NCBI GenBank assembly: GCA_963842525.1
Contig: CAWJGT010000006.1
Coordinates: forward strand, 64,001-128,000
From: an uncultured Holophagales bacterium
GTDB lineage: Bacteria > Acidobacteriota > Thermoanaerobaculia > Multivoradales > UBA5704
Direction: 5' to 3'
Length of the DNA stretch: 64,000 nucleotides
Shown: positions 19,755 to 38,300 of the stretch, in pieces
How the letters are laid out: each line of letters opens with the position of its first letter
How positions within the stretch are numbered: the first letter of the stretch is position 1
Translations under genes and position numbers: made by a program
The notes under the pieces: generated by a model
Told to the model about the DNA's origin: nothing
The model's database searches: none
Seen by the model: only the letters and a program-made list of their open reading frames with translations

Positions 19755-22700
19755 GTGACCGATCTCTCTTCCCGCCTGGCCGAGCCTCCCCCAAGAAGCG
19801 GGAGCTTCTCCTGCGCCAGCTCGACAAGAAACGGCAGGCGCCGGCCGGACTGGAGCGCATCCCGCGCCAGCCGCGAACCACGAACCGGTTCCCGGTCTCG
19901 TTCTCCCAGCTCCGCGAGTGGATCCTCGACCAGCTCGAGCCGGGCTCGGCCGCCTACAACATTCCGGGTGGATCGCACGTCCGCGGCCCGTTCGACGTGG
20001 GGGTGCTCGCCGCCGTGGTCCAGGAGATCGTACGGCGGCACGAGTCGCTACGGACGACGTTCGCGGCCACCGAGGGGGAGCCGGTGCAGGTGATCGCGCC
20101 GGAGCTGCGCTTGGAGGTCCCGGTGATCGACCTCGCGGCGCTGCCCGAGGCCGTGCGGGAGGCCGAGGCCCAGCGCCTGATCCTCTTCGAGGAGCGCCTT
20201 CCGCTCGACCTCGCCCGGGGGCCGCTGCTCCGGGTCTCGGTGCTGCGCCATGCGGAGCGGAGGCATGCGGTGCGCTTCACCATGCACCACATCGTCTCGG
20301 ACGGCTGGTCGGTCAACATCTTCTTCCGCGAGCTGGTGACGCTGTACGGCGCCTTTGCCGACGGCCTCCCCTCGCCGCTGCCGGAGCTGCCGGTGCAGTA
20401 TGCCGACTTCGTCGTGTGGCAGCGCGGCTGGCTCCAGGGTGAGGTGCTCGAGCGGCACCTCGACTACTGGCGGCGCCAGCTCGACGGGGCCCCGCCGCTC
20501 CTGGCACTGCCCACGGACCGCCCGCGCCCGCCGGTCCAGACGCTCCGGGGTGGCCACCGCCGGATCGTCATCCCCGCCGGGACCACCCAGTCGCTACGGA
20601 CCTTGGGGCAGCGGGAGGGGGCGAGCCTCTTCATGGTGCTCGCCGCCGCCTTGACGGCGCTGCTCGCCCGCTACAGCGGCCAGGACGACGTGTCGCTCGG
20701 CACCTACAGCGGCAACCGCGGGCGCGCCGAGCTCGAAGGGCTGATCGGCTTCTTCATCAGCACGCTGGTCCTGCGGACGGACCTGTCCGACGGCCCCGGC
20801 TTCCGCACCCTGGTGCAGCGGATGCGGGAGACCGCCCTGGGCGCGTTCTCCCACCAGGACCTCCCGTTCGAGAAGCTGCTCGAGACGCTCAAGGTGGAGC
20901 GGGACCTCTCGCATACGCCACTCTTCCAGGTGCACTTCCTGCTGCAGAACTTCCCGAGCCAGACGGTGGACGACGACCTCCCCGATTCGGATCTCGACCT
21001 GCGGCCTGCCATGAATGCCAATGACCATGCCAACTACGACCTCTCCTTCGAGCTCTCCGAGGCGGAGGACGAGGTGCGCGGCACGGTACAGCACAACCTC
21101 GTCCTGTTCGAGCCGGCGACCGTTGATCGGATGATTCGGCACCTCCTGGCGCTGGCCGCTGCGGCGGTGCGCGAACCCGAGGCGCCGATCCACGAGCTGC
21201 CTTTGCTCGATCCGGCGGAGCGCCGGCAGCTCCTGGTGGACTGGAGCGGAGCTTCGGTCTCGCCGGCTCCGGAGGCGCCGGTCCACGAGCTCGTCGCGCG
21301 CCGCGCGGCGGAGATGCCGGGAGAGGTGGCGGTGGAGGCCGGCGACCGTCAATGGACCTACAGGGAGCTGGCGGATCGGGCAAGCAAGCTGGCGCAGCAT
21401 CTGCGCCGCCTGGGGGTGATGCCGGAGGTGCGGGTGGGGATCGTCGCCGAGCGCTCGCCCGAGCTGCTCGCCGGGATGCTCGCGGTCCTCGCGGCCGGCG
21501 GCGCCTACGTGCCGCTCGATCCCGGGCATCCCGAGGACCGGCTCGCCTGGATGCTGGAGGACGCCGGGATTCCCTTCCTGCTGACCCGGGGCGCGACGCC
21601 GGCCTGGGCCGGGAGCGCGCAGGCGATCTCTCTCGACGGAGGCGCCTGGGAGGACGAGGAGACATCGCCGCCGAGTTTTCCCATCGATCCCGGGAGCGCC
21701 GCTTATCTGATCTACACGTCCGGCTCGACGGGGCAGCCCAAGGGGGTCGTGGTCGAGCACCGGTCGCTGGCCGCCTATGCGCGGGACGCCGCGGCCGTCT
21801 ATGGCATCGGGCCGGGCGACCGCGTCCTCCAGTTTGCCTCTCTCGGCTTCGATACCAGCGCGGAGGAGATCTGGCCCGCCCTGGCGCGCGGCGCCACGCT
21901 GGTGCTCCGCAGTGACCAGATGATCGCTTCGCCCGAGCGCTTCGCCGCGGAGCTGGGGCGCCTGGGGATCACCGTGCTCAACCTGCCCACCGCGTACTGG
22001 CACGAGCTGGCGGCGGGCCTGGACGGCCAGCCGCTGCCGGAGGCCCTGCGGCTGGTGGTGATCGGCGGCGAGAAGGCCCTCGCCGAGCGGCTGGACCTCT
22101 GGCGAGAAAGCACAGGGGCGCGGCTGGTCAACACCTACGGGCCGACGGAGGCGACGATCGTCTCCACGCGCCGCGAGATCGGTCCCGGGGAGGATCTCGC
22201 CGAGATCCCGCTCGGCCGGCCGATCGCGGGATCTCGGGTGCATGTCGTCGACCGGCGGCTGCAGGCCGTGCCGCAGGGGGTGATCGGCGAGCTGCTGGTC
22301 GGCGGCGCGGGGCTGGCCCGCGGCTATCTCGGCCGGCCCGGGCTGACGGCGGCGGCATTCGTCCCCGACCCGTTCGGGAACGATCCGGGGGCGCGGCTCT
22401 ACCGGACCGGCGACCTGGCGCGCTTCCTGCCGGCCGGCGAGCTGGAATTCCTGGGGCGGATCGACCGCCAGGTCAAGGTCCGCGGTTTCCGCGTCGAGCC
22501 CGGCGAGATCGAGAGCGTGCTCTCCGGACACCCGGGGCTGCACGCCGCCGCGGTAGACGTGCGGCCGGGGCCGTCCGGTGCGCTCCGGCTGATCGCCTGG
22601 GTGGTGCCGGCAGGCGGGCCGCCCACCTCCGGTGAGCTGCGCCGCCATCTGGCCGGCCGCCTCCCTGAGCCGCTTCTGCCTTCGGTCTTCGTGACGGTGG

Positions 22701-23071
22701 ACGCCCTGCCGCTCAACCGCTCCGGCAAGGTCGACCGCGACGCCCTGCCCGATCCCGAGGGAGACCGGCCGCACCTGGAGCACGAATACCTGGCGCCCGA
22801 GGGACCGGTCGAGGAGGCGCTTGCCGCCATCTGGGCCGAGGTCCTGGGCGTCGCTCGTGTCGGCGTGCAGGACAACTTCTTCGAGCTGGGCGGCCACTCG
22901 CTCCTGGCGACGCAGGTCGTCGCCCGCATCCGCGAGCGCCTGAAGATCGACCTCCAGCTCATCTCGCTCTTCCAGATGCCGACCGTCGAGCAGCTCGCCG
23001 TGGTGGTCGAGGAGGCGGTCCTCGACCGGCTGGAGGCGCTGGGCGAGGAGGAAGTGAGGGAGCTGCTGTGA
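19755..23071 (+). CDS. NRPS module C-A-PCP; frameshift near 19780
   Basis: GTG 19755 (AGGAG RBS) gives MTDLSSRLA, continuing in the next frame KKRELLLRQL...FSQLREWILDQLEP. Motifs HHIVSDG, YTSGSTG, NTYGPTE, YRTGDL, NRSGKVD, FFELGGHSLLA. Confidence 0.92.
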
Positions 23072-26000
23072 GGCCTCACCCCCAGGCGGAGGCGTCCGTG
23101 ACGCAAGCTGGCCTTCGCGAGATGTTGACTGCCCGGCTGGCTGCCCGGCTGGAGATCGATCCGTCGGAGATCGATCCTCGGGAGTCGTTCCACAGCTACG
23201 GGCTGGACTCGGCCGGGGCCGTGAGGCTCATCGACGAGCTGTCCGCCGAGTTGGGGCGGACGCTGTCGCCGACGCTGGTGTGGGCCTATCCGACAGTCGG
23301 GGAGCTGGCGCGGCATCTCTCGGCCGGAGAGAGCGCTCCGGTCCGGACGGCGGCTCGGGTCCAGGCTCGCCGTTCGGTCGACGAGCCGATCGCCATCGTG
23401 GGCCTGGCCTGCCGCTTCCCGGGAGCGCCCGACCTCCAGGCCTTCTGGCGGATGCTCTGCGACGGGGTGGACGCCACAGGTCCGATCCCTCCGGACCGCT
23501 GGGATGCCGAGGCCTGGTACCACCCCGATCCGGAGACGCCGGGCACCATCAACACCCGCCGCGGCGCCTTCCTGGACCGCATCGACGAATTCGATCCCCT
23601 CTTTTTCGGCATCTCCCCCCGGGAGGCCGCGGAGATGGACCCCCAGCAGCGGCTCATGCTGGAGCTGGCGTGGGAGGCCCTGGAGGACGCCGGCATCCCG
23701 CCCCGCTCGCTGGCCGGGACGCGGACGGGCGTCTTCGTCGGCGTCGTCGCCCACGACTATGCCGAGGCCCGGCGGACCCACGGAGGGCCCCCCATCTCCC
23801 ACACCGGGCCGGGCACGTCCCTGAGCATCGTCCCCAACCGGGTCTCCTACCTCCTGGGGCTGCGCGGCCCCAGCCTGGCGGTGGACACCGCCTGCTCGTC
23901 GTCCCTGGTGGCGGTCCACCTGGCCTGCCGGAGCCTCCGGGACGGCGAGTCGGCCGTGGCCCTTGCCGCGGGGATCAACCTGGTGCTGATCCCCGGGCTC
24001 ACCGCCGAGCTGACCAAGTTCGGCCTCTCCGGCGACGGCCGCTGCAAGGCCTTCGATGCCCGGGCGGACGGCTTCGGCCGCGGCGAGGGGGGCGGGGTGG
24101 CCGTGCTCAAGCCCCTCTCCCGCGCCTTGGCCGACGGCGACCGCGTCTACTGCCTGATCCGCGGCGGCGCGGTGAACAACGACGGTGCCAGCAACGGCCT
24201 CACCGCCCCGAGCCCCCAGGCGCAGGTGGAGGTGCTCCAGGAGGCCTATGCCCGGGCGGGGATCGACCCGCGCCGGGTCCACTATGTGGAGGCCCACGGC
24301 ACGGGCACGCCGCTGGGCGATCCCATCGAGGCCCGGGCCCTGGCCACGATCCTGTGCGCCGACCGCGATCCGTCCCGTCCCCTGGCGATCGGATCGGTGA
24401 AGACCAACATCGCCCACCAGGAGTCGGCCGCCGGCATCGCCGGGCTGATCAAGCTGGCCCTGGCGATCCACCACCGGGCCATCCCTCCCAGCCTGTGCTT
24501 CGAGGCTCCCAACCCGGACATTCCCTTCGAGGAGCTGCGCCTGCGTCTCCAGGCCGCCCTCGGGCCCTGGCCCGCCTGGGAGGACAAACCGGAGCCCGCG
24601 GTGGGGGGAGTCAGCTCTTTTGGATGGGGCGGCACGAACTGCCACGTGGTGCTGGAGGAGCTGCGGGACCCTCACCCCCCTGGCCCCCCTCTCCCATCCG
24701 CACTCCCTTCCCCCGGGAGAGGGGGGGACAAAGACAAAGACAAAGAAGAAGAGATCCTGAGCAGGAGGAGTTTTTCTCCCCTCTCCCGGGGGGCTGGGAG
24801 TGCGGATGGGAGAGGGGCCGGGGGTGAGGGCCGCCCGGTCTTCGTCTTCTCCGGCATGGGCTTCGAGTGGCCGGGGATGGGCCGTGACCTCCTGCGCTCC
24901 GAGCCCCTGTTCCGCGCCCGGCTGGAGCGCTGCGACGCCGTGGTGCGGTCTCTCGGCGGCTGGTCGATCCTGGAGGAGCTTTGGTCGGGCGGCGAGCGCT
25001 GGGGGGAGGCCGCGATGGCGGCGCCCCTGGTCGTCTCCTTCCAGATCGCGCTCTGCGACCTCTGGCGCTCCTGGGGCGTGGAGCCCGCGGCGGTGGTGGG
25101 GCACAGCCTCGGCGAGATGTCGGCGGCCTATGCGGCGGGCGTGCTCTCCCTGGAGGAGGCGGTCCGGGTCGCCTGGTGGTATGGCGCCTGCCTCCGGCCC
25201 ATCGACGGCCGGGGGGCCATGGGGGCGGTGGCGCTCCCCCCGGAGGCGGTCCGGGAGAGGATCGCCGCCCGGCCCGCCGGGCAGAACCGGCTGGAGATCT
25301 GCGCCTGCCTCAGCCCGACCTTGACGGTCGTGGCCGGCGAGGCCGCCGAGGTCGACGCCTTCCTGGCGCGGGTCAAGGCCGAGGGCTGCCGGTTCGCCGC
25401 CCGGGTGCCCGTCGCCATTGCGGGCCACACGTCCTGGGCGGAGCCCTGCCTGCCGGAGCTGGCAGAGGGCATCCGCGGCCTCGTGCCGCGCCGTCCCCGC
25501 CTGCCCCTGGCCTCCACCGTGGCCGGGGGTCCTCTGGACCGGCCCATGGACGTCGCGTACTGGCTGGACAACCTGCGCCGGCCGGTGCTCTTTTCCCAGG
25601 CGGTCGAGCACCTGCTGGCAGCCGGCCACGATCTGTTCCTGGAGGTCGATGCCGACCCGATCCTGGCCACGCCGCTGAAGCAGTGCTTCGCGGCTTCCGG
25701 CGTCGCCGCCACATGGCTCCCGTCCCTGCGCCGGGGAAAGGACAGCCGGACGGTGCTCCTCGCCTCCGCCTCTACCCTGGGCTCCGCCGGCCGGCCGGTG
25801 CGGGAAGAGCGGGCGGATCTCCTGCCCCTCTCGGCCCGCACGCCCGAGGCGCTGCGGGATCTGGCCCGGGCCACCGCCGGTCGGCTCCGCGAGCCGGAGG
25901 CCGCGGCCCTCGCCGACTTTGCCTGGACCGCCGCGGTGCGCCGCACCCACCACGAGCACCGTCTGGCCGCCGTGGGCCGCTCGTGGTCCGATCTGGCCGG

Positions 26001-27381
26001 GAATCTGGAGGCCTTCGCCCGCGGGGAGGAGATCCCCGGGATCGCCGCCGGTCGGAGCCGCCGGGAGCCGGAAGGCGTCGTCTTCGCCTTCTCCGGGCAG
26101 GGGCCGCAGTGGCAGGGGATGGGGAGGCAGCTCTGGGCGGACGAGCCGGTCTTCCGGGACGAGATGGAGCGCTGCGACGCGCTGTTTCGCTCCTGGCTCG
26201 GCGAGTCCCTCCTCGCCCGGCTGGAGCGGGACGAGGACGCCCTCGGCCACACGGAGCTGGCCCAGCCGGCCCTCTTCGCCCTGCAGGTCTCCCTCGCTGC
26301 TCTCTGGCGTTCCTGGGGAGTGACGCCCGGCACCGTGGTGGGCCACAGCGTGGGGGAGATCGCCGCGGCCCATGCCGCCGGCATCCTTTCGCTGGAGGAG
26401 GCGGTGCGGGTGGCGGCAGTGCGTGGCCGGGCGATGGAGCCGGCCCGTGGGAAGGGTGGGATGGTGGCAGTGGAGCTGCCGGAGGAGGAGGTCCGCGCGG
26501 CCCTGAAGGGGTATGGAGAGGATCGGCTCTGCGTGGCGGCCGTGAACAGCCCGGCGGCCGTGGCGGTGGCCGGCGAGCCTGCCGCGCTGGACGAGGTCGT
26601 CGCGTCGCTCCAGGCGCGTGGCGTGACCTGCCGCCGTCTGCGACTCGAGTACGCCTTCCACAGCCCGGGGATGGAGCCGTACGGCCGGGAGGTGGAGGCC
26701 GCGCTGACCGACCTCCGGCCGCGGCCGGCCGCGATCCCCATGATCTCCTCCGTGACCGGAGCCGCCGTGGCGGGGCCGGAATTGGACGGTTCCTATTGGC
26801 GGGAGAACGTCCGGCAGCCAGTCCGTTTTGCCGACGCAGTCGGCGTTCTGGCGGACCGAACAGTCTTCCTGGAGATCGGCCCTCATCCGGTGCTCGCGGT
26901 GGCGATCTCCCAGTGTCTGGAACATGCGGCTGTGTTGACATCTCTCCGCCGCGGCCGGGACGAGCGGGAGACGATGCTCGAAGCGCTGGGGTCGCTGTAC
27001 ACGATCGGCCACCCGATCGATTGGGCCGGGGTCTTCCCCGACGGCGGCCGGCTCGTGCGGCTGCCGACGTATCCGTTCCAGCGGCAGCGGTATTGGTTTG
27101 AGGTCACGCCGCCGCCCACTCACCCCGGGTTGACACCCGGGGCTACCCAGTTCCGCCCTCCGGGCTCTGGAATCCTCGGCCCTCCCGAGCCCGGAGGGCG
27201 CCATTCGGTAGCCCAGGGTGTGAACCCTGGGCGAGGGCGCGTGGCGTCTCCCCTTCAGTTAGCGCCTATGGGGCCAGGGGGTGAGGCCGAGCAGGTCCTC
27301 GCCTGGCAGCTCGACGCCTTCCAGCGCATGGTCGCCCTCCAGCTCGACGCGCTCCAGCAGGCCAGCGACGAAAGCCTCTGA
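23068..27381 (+). CDS. Type I PKS, ACP-KS-AT-AT (copy B loading/extension protein); start may be GTG 23098
   Basis: ACP YGLDS; KS DTACSSS / EAHGTGT / NIAHQE; AT1 FSGMG, GHSLG, AGHT; AT2 FSGQG, GHSVG, RGRAM, YAFHS; LPTYPFQRQRYW. Confidence 0.95.
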   Translation: MRPHPQAEASVTQAGLREMLTARLAARLEIDPSEIDPRESFHSYGLDSAGAVRLIDELSAELGRTLSPTLVWAYPTVGELARHLSAGESAPVRTAARVQARRSVDEPIAIVGLACRFPGAPDLQAFWRMLCDGVDATGPIPPDRWDAEAWYHPDPETPGTINTRRGAFLDRIDEFDPLFFGISPREAAEMDPQQRLMLELAWEALEDAGIPPRSLAGTRTGVFVGVVAHDYAEARRTHGGPPISHTGPGTSLSIVPNRVSYLLGLRGPSLAVDTACSSSLVAVHLACRSLRDGESAVALAAGINLVLIPGLTAELTKFGLSGDGRCKAFDARADGFGRGEGGGVAVLKPLSRALADGDRVYCLIRGGAVNNDGASNGLTAPSPQAQVEVLQEAYARAGIDPRRVHYVEAHGTGTPLGDPIEARALATILCADRDPSRPLAIGSVKTNIAHQESAAGIAGLIKLALAIHHRAIPPSLCFEAPNPDIPFEELRLRLQAALGPWPAWEDKPEPAVGGVSSFGWGGTNCHVVLEELRDPHPPGPPLPSALPSPGRGGDKDKDKEEEILSRRSFSPLSRGAGSADGRGAGGEGRPVFVFSGMGFEWPGMGRDLLRSEPLFRARLERCDAVVRSLGGWSILEELWSGGERWGEAAMAAPLVVSFQIALCDLWRSWGVEPAAVVGHSLGEMSAAYAAGVLSLEEAVRVAWWYGACLRPIDGRGAMGAVALPPEAVRERIAARPAGQNRLEICACLSPTLTVVAGEAAEVDAFLARVKAEGCRFAARVPVAIAGHTSWAEPCLPELAEGIRGLVPRRPRLPLASTVAGGPLDRPMDVAYWLDNLRRPVLFSQAVEHLLAAGHDLFLEVDADPILATPLKQCFAASGVAATWLPSLRRGKDSRTVLLASASTLGSAGRPVREERADLLPLSARTPEALRDLARATAGRLREPEAAALADFAWTAAVRRTHHEHRLAAVGRSWSDLAGNLEAFARGEEIPGIAAGRSRREPEGVVFAFSGQGPQWQGMGRQLWADEPVFRDEMERCDALFRSWLGESLLARLERDEDALGHTELAQPALFALQVSLAALWRSWGVTPGTVVGHSVGEIAAAHAAGILSLEEAVRVAAVRGRAMEPARGKGGMVAVELPEEEVRAALKGYGEDRLCVAAVNSPAAVAVAGEPAALDEVVASLQARGVTCRRLRLEYAFHSPGMEPYGREVEAALTDLRPRPAAIPMISSVTGAAVAGPELDGSYWRENVRQPVRFADAVGVLADRTVFLEIGPHPVLAVAISQCLEHAAVLTSLRRGRDERETMLEALGSLYTIGHPIDWAGVFPDGGRLVRLPTYPFQRQRYWFEVTPPPTHPGLTPGATQFRPPGSGILGPPEPGGRHSVAQGVNPGRGRVASPLQLAPMGPGGEAEQVLAWQLDAFQRMVALQLDALQQASDESL
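24669..24830. repeat. In-frame inverted doublet of family-1 REP forming the KS-AT1 linker
   Basis: ccctcaccccc...gggagaggg and cccctctccc...gggggtgaggg; 162 bp; the ORF stays open. Confidence 0.85.
27121..27231. repeat. In-frame REP-like family 2 (cccggggcta / gcccggagggcg type) in the PKS C-terminal tail
   Basis: ccccgggttgacacccggggcta...cgccctccgggct...agcccggagggcg...tagcccagggtgtgaaccctggg nested hairpins. Confidence 0.75.
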
Positions 27382-27398
27382 TGCAGGAGACTCGGTTC

Positions 27399-35374
<7,976 letters not shown>

Positions 35375-35378
<4 letters not shown>

Positions 35379-38300
35379 CGGAAGCCAGGCTTCGCGCGGT
35401 GCTGGTGGCCCGGTTGGCAGGCCGCCTGGGTATCGAGCCTTCGGCTCTGGATCCCCAGGAGCGGTTCAGCCGGTATGGGTTGGATTCGGCCGGAGCCACA
35501 GGGCTGATCGCCGAGCTGTCGGAGGAGCTGGGGAGGACGCTTTCGCCGACGCTGATCTGGGCGTATCCGACAGTGGAGGAGCTGGCGCGGCACCTCGCGG
35601 CCGGGGAGAGCGCTGCGCTGCGGACGGCGGGACCGGCGGGACTGGCCCAGGCACGCCGTTCCGTCGACGAGCCGATCGCCATCGTCGGCATGGCGTGCCG
35701 GTTCCCGGAGGCTCCGGACATCGAGTCGTACTGGCGGATGCTGTGCGACGGCGTCGATGCCACGCGCACGGTCCCCGCCGACCGGTGGGACGCCGAGGCC
35801 TGGTATGACCCCGATCCGGACCGGCCGGGGACGATCAACACGCGGCGCGGCGCCTTCCTCGACCGGATCGATGAATTCGACCCCCTCTTCTTCGGCATCT
35901 CGCCGCGCGAGGCGACGGAGATGGACCCCCAGCAGCGGCTGATGCTCGAGCTGGCCTGGGAGGGGTTGGAGGACGCCGGCATCCCGCCGCGGTCGCTCGC
36001 CGGGACCCGGACGGGTGTCTTCGTGGGCGTCATCTTCCACGACTACAGCGACCTCCACAAAATGTCCGGGGCACCCGTGACCTCCCACACCGGGCCGGGC
36101 ACGTCGCTCAGCATCGTCGCCAACCGGGTCTCCTATCTCCTGGGGCTGCGCGGACCGAGCCTGTCGGTCGACACCGCCTGCTCGTCGTCCCTGGTGTCGG
36201 TCCTCCTTGCCTGCCGCAGCCTGTGGGAGGGCGAGTCGTCCGTGGCGCTCGCGGGCGGGGTCAACCTGATCCTGACCCCGGAAGTCGCCGTGGAGCTGAC
36301 CAAGTTCGGCGGCCTCTCCGGCGACGGCCGGTGCAAGGCGTTCGACGCCGGGGCCGACGGCTTTGCCCGCGGCGAGGGGGGCGGTGTGGTGGTGCTCAAG
36401 CCGCTGTCGCGGGCGCTGGCCGACGGCGACCGGATCTACTGCCTGATCCGCGGCGGCGCGATGAACAACGACGGCGCGAGCAACGGCCTCACCGCGCCTA
36501 ACCCGCAGGCCCAGGTGGAGGTCCTCCAGGACGCCTATGCGCGGGTGGGCGTCGATCCCGGCCGAGTGCAGTACGTGGAGGCGCACGGCACGGGCACGCG
36601 GCTGGGCGATCCCATCGAGGCCCGCGCGCTCGCCGCGGTGCTCTGCGCGGACCGCGATCCCTCCCGCCCCCTGGTCCTCGGCTCGGCCAAGACCAACATC
36701 GCGCACCAGGAGGGGGCGGCCGGCATCGCCGGGCTGATCAAGCTCGCCCTGGCAGTCCACCACCGGGCGATCCCGCCCACCCTGCACTTCCGGACGCCGA
36801 ACCCGGACATCCCCTTCGAGGAGCTGCGGCTGCGCGTCCAGACCGCGCTCGGTCCCTGGCCCGCGCCTGAGCAGGAGGCCGCGGTAGGCGGGGTCAGCTC
36901 GTTCGGGTGGGGGGGCACCAATTGCCACATGGTGCTGGAGGGGCTGCGGGACCCTCACCCCCCTGGCCCCCCTCTCCCATCCGCACTCCCGATCCCCCGG
37001 GAGAGGGGGGAACAAGGAAAAAGCCTTGAGCTGGAGAGGTCTTCCTCCCCTCTCCCGGGGGGCGGGAGTGCGGATGGGAGAGGGGCCGGGGGTGAGGGTC
37101 CTCTGGTCTTCGTCTTCTCCGGCATGGGCTGGCAGTGGCCGGGCATGGCGCGCGACCTCCTGCGCTCCGAGCCGCTGCTGCGCGCCCGCCTGGAACGCGC
37201 CGACCGGGTCCTGGCGCCGCTGACCGGCTGGTCGCTCCTGGCCGAGCTGACCAGGGGTGGAGAGCGCTGGGGCGAGGTCGAGCTCGTCTTTCCGATCCTG
37301 ATCTCCGTGGAGATGGCGCTCTGCGACCTCTGGCGTTCCTGGGGCGTCGAGCCCGACGCGGTGGTGGGGCACAGCGTCGGCGAGGTCGCGGCGGCCTATG
37401 CGGCCGGGGCGCTCTCGTTCGACGACACCCTGCGGGTCGCGGTCGAGTACGGACGGACCTTGGGGAAGATCGACGGCCGGGGGGCGCTGGGCGTGGTGGC
37501 CCTCGCGCCTGACGAGGTCCGGCAGCGGATTTCGGTCCAGGGAGACCGGCTGGAGCTGGCCGGTGAGCTCAGCCCGGTCTCGGCCGTGGTGGCGGGCGAG
37601 CCGGCCGCGGTCGATGCCTTGCTCGCGCTCGTCAAGGCCGAAGGGCGGTTCGCCGCCCGCGTCGCCGCCAACGCCGCGGCGCACACCGCCCAGGTGGAGC
37701 CGCATCTGCCCGCGATGCGCGAGGCCCTGCGCGGCCTCGCCCCGCGCCCTCCCCGGATCCCCCTGATCTCGACCCTCACCGGAGAGCCGCTCGACCGGCC
37801 CATGGACGGCGACTACTGGACGGACAACCTGCGGCGGCCGGTCCTCTTCTCGCAGGCCGTCGGACAGCTCCTTGCGACGGGGCACGGCCTCTTCCTGGAG
37901 GTCGACGGGCATCCGATCCTGGCCACGCCGCTGGAACAGTGCTTTGCGGCGTCCGGAGCCCGCGCGGCCTGGCTCCCGTCCTTGCGCCGGAACGAGGATG
38001 GCCGCGGGACGCTGTGGGGCTCGCTCGCCGCCCTGCAGGCCGCGGGTCATCCGATCCGATCGGACCGATCCGACCGGTCCGGCCGGCCGGAGCTGGTGCC
38101 CCTCTCTGCCCGCACACCCGAGGCTCTCCGGGATCTGGCGCGGGCGGTGGCGCGCGAGGCGGGGGATGGGTCGCTCCCGGACCTCGCCGGGACCGCAGCC
38201 CTCCGCCGCAGCCATCACGAGCACCGCCTGGCCGCCGTGGCCCGTTCGCGGCCGGAGCTGGCCGACCGGCTGGAGGCTTTTGCGCGCGGCGAGGCGGTCG

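Noticed and set aside
23380-24660. KS as a decarboxylating KSQ loading domain
   Set aside because: The catalytic Cys (DTACSS) and both His motifs are intact in both copies, so it is a normal elongating KS.
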